Shown here: positions 21,840 to 32,600 of the stretch, in pieces
How positions within the stretch are numbered: position 1 is the stretch's first letter
Layout of the letters: every line of letters starts with the position of its first letter
From: Magallana gigas
Taxonomy: Eukaryota
DNA: 64,000 nt
NCBI RefSeq assembly: GCF_963853765.1
Contig: NC_088854.1
Span: 20,212,001-20,276,000, forward strand
Reading direction: 5' to 3'
Position numbers and translations under genes: made by a program
The notes under the pieces: model-generated
Told to the model about the DNA's origin: nothing
The model's input: the letters and a program-made list of their open reading frames with translations, nothing else
The model's database searches: none

Positions 21840-24800
21840 AAGGTCTTCCGTTGGAAACGGAAGACCTTTCTATTATTGTGCGGGTTAAGATTTTTCTTAT
21901 TTTTCTTTTTTTTTTTTGTTTCCTAGACGCGAACTTTGAGGCTTCATATCTTGCTCATTTCTGAACGGTTTTTGCTCAAATTTTCAGGGCTAGTGTACTT
22001 TACAAAACACTATCTTAAGCAATTCATAAAATTTAGAATTCCTTTTTCGTTAAAGAGTTATTCCCCTTTTAAATTTTTTTAGGGCCTTTTGTTTCCAGAC
22101 AAAGGCTCCGAGACTATGATAGCAGGGAATGGGAATCCAACGAATTTGAATAGCAGAGACATTGTAGTGGTGCACATAGGTTTTTGTTTTACGATTACTT
22201 TCCTTATTCAGAAAAAGGTAGGGGGTCAATAAACAGGATTCAAAAAATTGCAAAAATTTAGACATATTTTCCTTTATATCTTTTAAACGAAAAATAATTT
22301 GTTAAAACATGTAGAATAAAAGTTGTGCAGAATATCAAGGGCTTTCATTTGACACCAATAAAAAAGGGCTGGCCCCTTAAATTAAGGGCCAATAGCCCCT
22401 AAAAGTTTTTGCTTAATAACTCAAAAACGGTTAGGATTTTGATATGGCTGTCGCTGGAAAAGTTGTTTGTTGGGATCTCATAAAGGTCGTAACAATATTA
22501 TTTTGTAAGTGATTTGTGTAGTATGAGTGTAAAAAGCTTTACATGTTGACATGTACCTGGTTTCATTTGACAAGTAAACGAAAGTCTTTGTGCGAACAAC
22601 TGGCATAAAGTTGCCGCAGAAAGTATGCTGGTTTATACAGGAGGCAATAATTTATAAGAATATTTTTGTTTGTTGGAGTACATGCTTTTTTTTTAGGAGT
22701 TTAAGTCATTGTTGTTTAGTTCTTATAGTGCACAATCATTAAAAACGGCAATTGGAAAACAAAACATTCTTTTTCTTTTCTATTTAACCACAAAATATGG
22801 AATTAAAAAACTCTATGCATTACATTTTATTTATTAACTCCATGCATTTAAAATCTACCTTGAATCAGAGCTGTGTGTATGTGTACCATTACGTAAGTTC
22901 TCCCTCGCCCGCGGCCGAGAAAATCGGTCACCATGCTCGCGGCTGGACTACCTAGCGGTCAGCGGTTATCTAATACACGAGAGCTGTGTCTCTCATATAC
23001 ATGTATGAGTTTATTTAGCCGCGAACTCAAGAATTGGTTTCGTTTTGAATACACATAATTTGTTATGGATTAAACGATTGGGTGTCAATTAAGAAATCAT
23101 TCAGTTAATTAATAAAGGCAATGTCATTCTCAATCTAAAGCAATATAGACACCGATCAATTGTGGGTTTTAAGTTTAAAACAAATAACTTCTATTTGATA
23201 GAGTAATGTATGGTCATTATACTGCAAACTTTTCAAATCTTCCTGGGTTCTGAGCTGTGCCTGTCTGTGCGTTGTACATGTACCTTTACGTAATATATCC
23301 TTCGCCCACGGCCGATGAGATCAGCCACGGCTGCACTACCTAGCGGTAATTAAGCGGTTATCAAATAGACAAGATTTTCACACCGCGACGCAAACTTACA
23401 TGCATATGAACGTGTTTGAGTTAATATAGCCGTAAAAACGGGAACTCCATCTTGTATTTATTCAATTGAACATTTGAGTGTAAATGAATATTAATAAGCG
23501 ATATAACTCCAAATCGGAAACATCGTCAGACATAAATTAATGGTTAGTTTGTTTATGTAAAATATTTTAAAAACTGTACAAATAATGTTTTAAATCCCCC
23601 CCACACACACACACACACAAATAGTAAAGCTTTAAATGGTAATCATCCCTCGCACATGGCTGAGGAGAACCGGCGCGAGTGGACAAGTAATCCGCGGTCG
23701 GTTCGTGTTCTTCTACATGTACCTTATCACGCGTTCATGTTTCATATTTTGCACGGACACAACTATATTTTATTATGTTTTCAACTAGTATATTCGTTTA
23801 AGATGAAAAGATAAATTCATTAAACTTGTACAGTTGATTAAGCATTGATTTATAGATAGCGTACAAGGTAGTTTAAAAATCAAATTATAATCAAAGTTCT
23901 ATGTAACATGATTGCGGTAGGTGCTAGCACGATAAAAAAAATGTCCTGAATTGAGGCATTCAATTATCTTTTTTTTTAAATTTTCACATGAATTTTAAAC
24001 AACTTTAGATTAGATTCTATCGGTCACATATTAATCACTTCTGTAGTTTTTCTACATGGTCGTTCGTTTCTTTGTAGAAGCGAACTCATTGCTGCCCCCC
24101 CCCCCCCCCCCTCCCGTTCCGCTGACAGGAGCTCGCGCTGGAATTTTTTAATTGTCAAGATCTATCGAAAATAATTTTTGGTGGCTTCTTTTCATGCGTA
24201 ACATTTTGTTTCACCTTCCCACCCGTTTGTTTTTTCGGTCAGTCTGTGTAAATTAAATCGCCACGTGCGACCGAGAATCTTGTGTCGCTTCAGCGCACAC
24301 AGCTCTGAACATATATAGCCCCAGGTCATCAATTGTTATATAATTGAGTAACAGTTGAAATTGTGCTTTTACATAAAATAATAAATGATAAAATCATCCA
24401 GAAAAAAGTTACCGTAACTCAATAGTCAATACCAAAAATAAAATCCGTATGATTGCAAACTGAAATCGGTTTTTCAGTATTCGGTGGGATTTGATTTTTC
24501 TGCTAACATGGTTTCAGAGATTACGATGTAAAAACACAAACAGTAAATACACCTGATATTATTTACATTGATAATGTTGAAAAATATTTAAAATTAAATT
24601 AGTCACAATCGTAAGATTAAAATGTTCTACAAACAACCGATTATTTTTTTCCTATGTCGTATCATTCGTAAATAAGTATGTTCTGTACATATATATACAT
24701 GTACCTCAGAAAAAAATCAAATGATTACACAAAAAAGAAAGTTGTAATTAGTATTTCGGAATTTTTTTCTGAAAGTAATTTCACATTGTATTGAAAAGAA

Positions 24801-27800
24801 CAAGAAATAAAAATGATTTAATTTTTTGACTCAATTTTCGTATATATTACCGGCGCTTCGTACATGTTAAACGGCGTACAGTGTATAGATTATTATAATC
24901 TGTTCGAATTAAATAACATGCGTAAAGATTCCCATAATAATAACTAGTAATTGCATGACTGTGTACATTGTAGGCAAATCCCTGTGTGTTAATTACTTCT
25001 AAGACTCTTTGTTTTCCGTTAACAGTGGTTTAAATAATTTTCAGATAATTAATAAAATTTTTGTAATTTAAATTGTATGCTTCATCAAATACTGATTCCG
25101 ATTACCTTGAAGTCATTAATTTTCCATTGGCTATTGACAAAAAAAAAGAAACGCTTGACCATCCAATGAAAACAAATACACAGAGTTTGATTGACAGGTT
25201 CAGCCAGGTGCAGGAGACACCCGATGTCCGAGGTTATGTGTGCTGCTTGTACAAAGTCGAATGGTCTCAGTAAGAGTTATCGGTGTAAATAAATAAAAAA
25301 AATATATGCTTATCAAAACATGACCGTTTAAGTTACAGCGAAGTACGTTGAAGCGTTTATAGGGTTTTACTCCAGAAAAGTTTATACCTAATGTTTTGAC
25401 TGACCTTTGTCCAATCAGATCGTAGCTGGGCGGAGTTAAGACATTGCCGCTCGAGACTTGAATGAGAGAAAGAAAAGAGAGAGAGAGAGTGAATTGAGTA
25501 AATTATAAGTGGTGCCGATAAAGGAATAATCATTAGTTATAAACTTGCAAACAAATTAATTAAAGTCTGTATATAAAAATTACATGAATATCCTATATTG
25601 TATAACTTTAAAGCGTTTTAAAGAACGATTGTGAAAATTTCTTCGGCCGCGCGCCGTCGACAACATGCACATGGATAAGAATGACGTAGCTTATATCCAA
25701 CTAAATTTCCTAGCATGGAGTCCGAGAATACGGACATTAAATATTTTGAAATGCGAACGAATGATCACTTATGAACATGATGAATTTAGATGTAGTGTAA
25801 AGGAAAGGCAACGAAGGCGGATGCTTAGTGGAAAAGTAAAACGTCTAAGGTAAAGAATGTTTCACACTGAGTAACCATGAAGAAAGTTTTCATACAAAGT
25901 ATATTTACAACCTATGTTTAATTCAAGAAAGATTCGTCAAACTTTGATTTGATTATTAACGGTAACACTTGTAATAAAAACAATTTCTTAAATATTCGTA
26001 CAGTCTTCGATGTTTGACATTACCTTATCCTATTACTGATCTATATATAGACATCGTTGTTCCCTGGTTAAAGAATTTCAAAACACTTCAAAGTTTCATA
26101 AATTTATAAGATATACTATACTATGTCCCGAGTTTTTTCTTCCACCACTTTTTGCTTGATATTTCAATTATAGTAAATACCTTAGTGCTCAAACTACGTT
26201 CATCCACTTACATGTATATGGAAAATATCCAGATTATGTGTTGAAACGCCCCCTCTACCGCTTCAGGTTTCAATACACATCCCAATATTGAAAGTCTACG
26301 GGGATTTTGCATTGCATCAGCCATTAATAAGCCCGGATGATAACGTTAAAAAATTGCGCGAGGTATCCCGATTACTTTCGAATGAAGAAAAGATGTAAAC
26401 ATTTCCCATTATAAATATCCGTAAGAAAATTGTTTTCGTTCCTGTGAAATTTTATGAGTAAAATCTTGGATATATTCCCTTTCATCAATTTCAGTTGTGT
26501 TTCTTTCACAGGTATGTGTATTTTTATTAAAAATCATCAAAAATTGATGGAAGCAATAACTTGGGACATACTATAGACCGTGATTTGTCACTTTATACGA
26601 TGACTATTGTTGATAGATAGTTCACTCATCTGCGTCATCTATAATTTACTCCATTAACCAGTTAACCTTCTCTTTCTCTCTCTCTCTCTCTCTCTAAAAT
26701 TAAGTCACGACCAGTATTGTCTCAACCCCGCCTTCTACAATCTGATTGGACAAAAGTCAGTCAAAACACTACGTAACAACTTTTCTGGAGGAAATGCCTA
26801 TTAAAAGCTTCATCATTTCTTGTAGATTTTTTTTTCATGAAAATACCTACATGTACAAAAGAGTTTTGCCAATCACAAACAGTTTAAAGTAATGTAAAAC
26901 ACGGGCGCCATTTTGAAACAATTAAATTGTCAGAGAGTTCCGAATGAAATCTGATGAATGTTTCACGCGGTTCTCGCACGCTTTGCCCGAAACAGTAAAC
27001 GGTTTACACGAAACGTTTCACAATCACACGAAACGCTAAACGGTCTACACGAAACGTTTCTCGCACTTAAGTCGCACGTTTTTGGTGTATTAGTACGTTT
27101 CAGGGTCTGTAAATTTTGTCATCACACAACAATTCTAAACTTGCACATAGATTTAAAAAATTTAGAAATATTTTTAAATAAAGAAGTTATCTAAGAGAAA
27201 AGGTTACGTGTTTTGTAGGCGGGTTCGGTTTTTAAATCAAAGTACTGATGTACTGACGGGAGTTGATTATATCGAATATTATTTATTTTAAAATCAACGA
27301 TATGCTAGTTTGCTTGGCAAGTAGTTTATAATCTGCATTTGAATTATGCACATTTTTATAAATGTAATATGATTTCTCTGACTTTTCCGACAAGAATTTC
27401 GAGAAAACCTCTAATGAATCATGTTGTGTTATATTTTGAAATAGAATTGATTTCATCAAACTGTGTTTTGGTATTCCAAATATTTCAAAAATTGTATGGA
27501 TCCAACCAACAATGAACTCTAGTCTCGTTCAACTAGATGCTCGGCTGTCTCCGTTAATCTCCGACAAGTAAGAGATACCAGGTCACGTGATAGCTTGATG
27601 ATGCGACCTCTAAATATAGACTGACTCTCTACTTGCCGGAGATGTAAGGAGACAGCCGATGGTTGAACGAAACTATATATTGAACTCTGGCGTAGGAATA
27701 CACACGACTACAAAAAACTTCTAATTGTTCGTACCATTAAAAATCTGACTATTTCCAAGGTATTTATAAATAAGTTTCCTTTAAAAAAAATGCTTCAGCG

Positions 27801-28267
27801 TATATTACATCAAAGTTATTGATTATATTCAAGAACGAAGTCTTGTCAGCGGCGATGATTTGTGCTTAGGTGCAAACACAGTTTCAGTTTCGGTTTGCTA
27901 GAGTAACTGCATAGGAGAAATGATTAAAATCAACTCCCCAAAAACACAATTCCTGACATGAATCATGAGTACATGTAACAATGCTTGCTACCCTCTGAAA
28001 ATTTAACTCGCCATTAAACATCCCTTTTTTTAAAAAATGTTTGAAACGATTACATAAACTGTGTTCGACAGATAGTTTTCCTAAAACATTTTCTTTCTTT
28101 TTCAAAACACGTTTTATATACAGGCTTTCAATCACAACACATTTTTATAACAAAAGCAGAACTGAAAGTTTAGTCATTATAATTTATTGACACCATATCA
28201 CATACATTTTCAACTCGCAGCAACAACGGAAGACCTACTCGTGGCTTTGCCACGAGCTCTGCTCTAG
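21840..28267 (+). mobile_element. 6.4-kb non-autonomous Helentron-type element with nested cargo
   Basis: 5' hairpin AAGGTCTTCCGTT-GGA-AACGGAAGACCTT (21840-21868); matching 3' subTIR AACGGAAGACCT (28225-28236), hairpin CTCGTGGC-TTT-GCCACGAG (28238-28256), CTAG end, T-rich flanks. No RepHel ORF. That both ends belong to one copy is inferred. Confidence 0.7.
27522..27673. mobile_element. 152-bp foldback MITE with TA TSD
   Basis: GTCTCGTTCAAC..TCGGCTGTCTCC..ATCTCCGACAAGTA mirrored by TACTTGCCGGAGAT..GGAGACAGCCGA..GTTGAACGAAAC; TA both sides. Confidence 0.85.
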
Positions 28268-28366
28268 TTTAATCTGTCATTGTTAACTTATGCAAATGCA
28301 AGCTAAGCAAGGAAGTTAAATACGAATGGTCTCTTTCATCGATCGTCTGATAACAACAAATATAAT

Positions 28367-28441
28367 CACGTGGTTATAAATAGGATTTGCAGTACAATTA
28401 GAACAACAAGTCAACAGCAAATATCACAATCACAGGTAGGT
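28367..28441 (+). promoter_or_regulatory. Candidate TATA promoter and short non-coding exon of the ankyrin gene
   Basis: CACGTG 28367-28372, TATAAATAG 28375-28383, donor CAG|GTAGGT 28435/28436; matching acceptor ttttttcccag at 29463. Confidence 0.45.
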
Positions 28442-28699
28442 CTATGAACTACTGACAGCAGTTTTCCCCAATCTGTTATATGCATAGATATATGTGTAGT
28501 GGATGAATGTAGATAAAACTTTGTTTAAAATAGGCAGCAAATTTATTTATTTTTTCGAATTGAAATTTGCGCATAAATTAATACCATGATTACATAAACA
28601 TAGTTTTTGGTACAAATGATACTAATAGATTTTTAAGACTTTAAATTTATGGAAATGTTTACTTAATTAATGAATTTTAACAATGCATGTATATTTCTT

Positions 28700-29178
28700 C
28701 AATTTTTATGTCTAAAATTGTTAATTAACATAGATGTTTTCAATGCTTTGACAAAATTTGAAAGTCAAATATATAAAGTTACAAGCGAGTTACAGAGGTT
28801 AGAATTCTTTGTATTGTAAACAAAGCTCGAGTCCTGTTAAATATGTTCACATATTTGTTGTATTGATATAAGTTTCAATCTAATGTTGCTGTTTTTTGTG
28901 ATAAAAGTTTTTATGAACCCATTGAATCAGTCTATCTTGTTTCCACAAGTTATTTTTATAAAGAAATGGCAATTTCTTTACTTTACAGTATTTGTAAACA
29001 AATATAAGACTCAAGCTTTGTTGACATAACAACTTCTTTCCTCTGTATCTTGCTTGTAACGTGACTTAAATTCTGACATTTAAATTTTGATGAATCATTC
29101 AAAATACAAAAGTAAACTATTTTGTACATAAAAATCAAAAATAAAATTTTCATCTGGTGAAATGGTGTCCAGATCCCT
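28700..29178. mobile_element. Degenerate Kolobok-like element related to 8808-9305
   Basis: Right end ATGGTGTCCAGATCCCT+TTAA; shared internal motifs (acaagcgagttacagag, tgtaaacaaagctcg). Left TIR not found; left coordinate approximate. Confidence 0.55.
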
Positions 29179-29322
29179 TTAACTTGTTTTATTATAATTG
29201 TTTTTCAATCATATATTAAGTGAAGATGAACACATTTCATTCAAAAATGTCGACCTTAAAACTATGACCAGTTTGGAATATTCCCCCCTTCTGCTTTTCA
29301 AGTTATATATTATTGCACCATT

Positions 29323-29423
29323 CAATCTAATTAAAATTAGACTTGTAATTCCGCTCCTCTACGATACGCTTGTATAGCGTATCGTAGAGGAGCGGAATTA
29401 CAAGTCTAATTTTAATTAGATTG
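29323..29423. mobile_element. 101-bp perfect hairpin element with 10-bp TSD (MULE-like MITE)
   Basis: 48-bp arms with no mismatch, loop TGTAT; TTGCACCATT at 29313-29322 and 29424-29433. Confidence 0.88.
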
Positions 29424-29622
29424 TTGCACCATTCTAATAAAATTTCTTTCAATTTTTTCCCAGAAATTTGGAGTTTCTTATCCAGAGGATATGAACAAAG
29501 CTGATACATGAAACACACACACACAAAAAAGCATTGGGCCACCCATGAATTCAGTCCCTTAGTGTTTTTACAAAGATCATGCAGAGAAGTTGTATCAAAT
29601 TTAGACATCTTTTCTGTCAATC

Positions 29623-32600
29623 ATGGCTTCAGAAGACTATTTCTGTAAGTATTGTGCATTGGAGTCAGAAGGATTTGAGGATCCATTTGGATATCAGTTA
29701 GACCCTGGGAAAAAGAACTACAAAGAAATATTTCCTGAACTTCTTCATGACTTTCAATCTAAATCAGAATATATTTGTGCAAGACATCGACACGGGATAT
29801 CAGTCCATCAGTTTGGAACAGTGAAAAATTCAAACAAGTCTAAGGATGCTAATGTATCCAACTTCAAGTATAATATTGCTAATCCTATAGCAAGGGAGGA
29901 AAGGAAAAGGGTTGATGATAAAAAAGTTCAACAGCATGGAGAGAATGTGACATTCATCAACAAAAGCACCTCCTCTAAGCCAGCTTCACCAACGATGGAG
30001 AAGACAAAAAGTAAACCCTGTACAACTACTCAAGGGCAATTATCAAATCAACTAGGCCGGGGGTCAGAGAGATTGAACCCCTCCAACAACCAGTGTTGTT
30101 GCTGCTCGGAGTACCATCATCACACATTCGAATCTCCTGAATTTTACGTTCCTAGAGATGACTCTTGTTCAAAGTTGGAGGCATCCCTTTCACAAAACCA
30201 TCAGGATGTGGAGAAAGCAAATGAGACTTTCCTTAATATAAGCAATGCATTTTGGTACCCCAGCTTGTGTCTCAATCAGTTTTCCCCTGAGTTTCTGTAC
30301 ACTAACTTTGAATCCCTGTGGCCACAAGAGGACGTCTTGAGAGACATTTTAAGGGACAGCATTCAGAATACAGTATTACGCAGTGCCATACCTCAGCTGA
30401 CCAAAGTTGCTATAGTGTGTGGGCCAGTTGATATGTTAAAATCTCTCATCTCTTTGTCATTAGTCAGTAAGTATACCCCAAATGTACCATGATGGTAACT
30501 ACTCCACTTACATGTACTTAAAATGCGTGTTAACAAATTTTCTATTTTAATGTTTTGCAATTGATCCATGATTGGAATATAATGAAGATACACTCCTCTC
30601 AGTTTTATAATTTGGTTGGAAGACATTTAGTTGAAAAAAGAAAAATACTAGACAAGTATATCATGTATATATTATAATTACTTATTAAGTTGATTTAATG
30701 CTTCTCATAGGAAGCATTATGGAATTAATATTCCAGTAGAATTTGAACTTATTATTATTCTTTAAATATTGAGAGGTAAAAAACAGCATATATACTACTT
30801 CACTATCATGGTAAAACAAACCAGAAAAGATATGCTAAATTGCTATGTTAGTGTGATTGCCACCCAACTTTTGTGATGTTACAGGACTTGATACCTCTGT
30901 AGAGGAGGAGGCAGGTCTTCTCCATTATGCCTGTTTGTTCAGAAGACTGGATGTGATCACTTATTTAACCAGCATAGGCATTCCTGCAAAGCTGAAAGAT
31001 AAGCATGGTATAACCCTAATCATTCATTTATTGACTTTCTGTTTTAAACAGGTAGAAAACTTTAAAATATTGATGATTATTTTTGCTTGAAGATTAATAG
31101 AACAGAAATTGTTTTTATGTAGACGTGTATATTTCATTGTCATACTGTCACAATTTATGTTACATGGCATTGTATGCAAATTGTTTTAGATTCAACTAAT
31201 AAGATCCAATTTGTAAAAGACTAACTAAGATATATCAGTTTTAGCTTCAATTTCAATATGATGTTGAATTTGTTTTTATCACTCATTGTCAATTTATTAG
31301 TTACAATAGTTTAAGAGGCATAAATTTTTCTCTTTACAGGAAACTTTGCCAGTGCTTTGAGTTTCAGTTCTAAGGTGTATAAGCATCTCCCTCACAAATA
31401 CCAGCTGACTCAGGCCCCCCAGTCCGCCCCCAAACTTCCCAGTGCTCAGGACAGGAATGTCATCTTCTCTTTGGCAAAGTCCCCCAGATCACTCTATGAC
31501 ATACAGAGGAAGTTACAGGTACTTAAAATTTCCTAAAGATTTCCTTAAAATTTCTAATTGAACATGATGAATTAATGTACAAGTAATATCACAAGAAGCA
31601 TCTCTGCATAGATTTCAAAATCACACTTTCATTTTCCTGACGGTGCTAAATATATTAATTGTAACAAAAGTTCAGCACTTATGATTTTATGTTGTGATTT
31701 AACACAAAAAAGTGGAATCGTGGAATAAAGTACTTTCGTATAATAAGAATCTACTGTATTACATTTTTTTGAAAAATTAAGTACACAATATTTTTTAAAT
31801 GAAGGATGTTCACTGCATTGTTTTAATGTTATAACTTTGTTTTGATCAATATTTGAACTCTATATGTAGGTAAATAATATACATGTTTACTATCTTAGTG
31901 TCTATTTACATTTCAGTCATTTGAATTCAATGTCAACACTGAATGTGATGAAACTGGTAACTTCCTAATTCATCTGGCTACCCAGACAGGTATGTGTATA
32001 GTTTAAGAAATATTTTATTCAAAAATATACATATAAGTATATAAATGAATCTGGATTGAACAGCAGGCAAAAATAGCCTATATTAGTTCTCTCCATCTGA
32101 GAGGTACGTGTATATGATATCAATTATATATCAATAAATAATAGGAATCTGAAATGTGATTTGACAAAAACATATGTACAATGGAAAGATAAAAAATAAT
32201 GCAGGTGTAATTTGAAAAGATTTTATCTAAATAATCAGGCATATTTACAAATGCAGTGTTTATCAATTAGCAATGATAAACATGTGATAGAAAACAACTA
32301 CGGTAGGTATCTAATTGAATTCATCAGGAGTAGACAGGTGTCATCATTTAGGTTTAGAAAAGGGAACAAGTGGTTCTAAAGATTGACATTCAAACGCAGT
32401 AAATGTTTGAGTACTTGTTCAATGTCATGTACTATTACTTATGTATTAAACTTATCAAATATTGTTGTGTAAATAAGACCTTGATCCCTATACATTTTGA
32501 TAGGTAAAATGTATTTTACCTGTATTTATCTTCCTTGTGTGTTTGTCTGACTAAAACACTTGATATGCGTTCCGGGCTCAAATTTAGATATTATGATGAG

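Noticed and set aside
25665-25853. 62-aa ORF as transposase or captured gene
   Set aside because: No recognisable motif and no frame-compatible neighbouring exon found.
31600-31758. Possible MITE ending TAAGAATCTACTGTA
   Set aside because: Resembles the right TIR of 45026-45243 but no left TIR found; cannot delimit.
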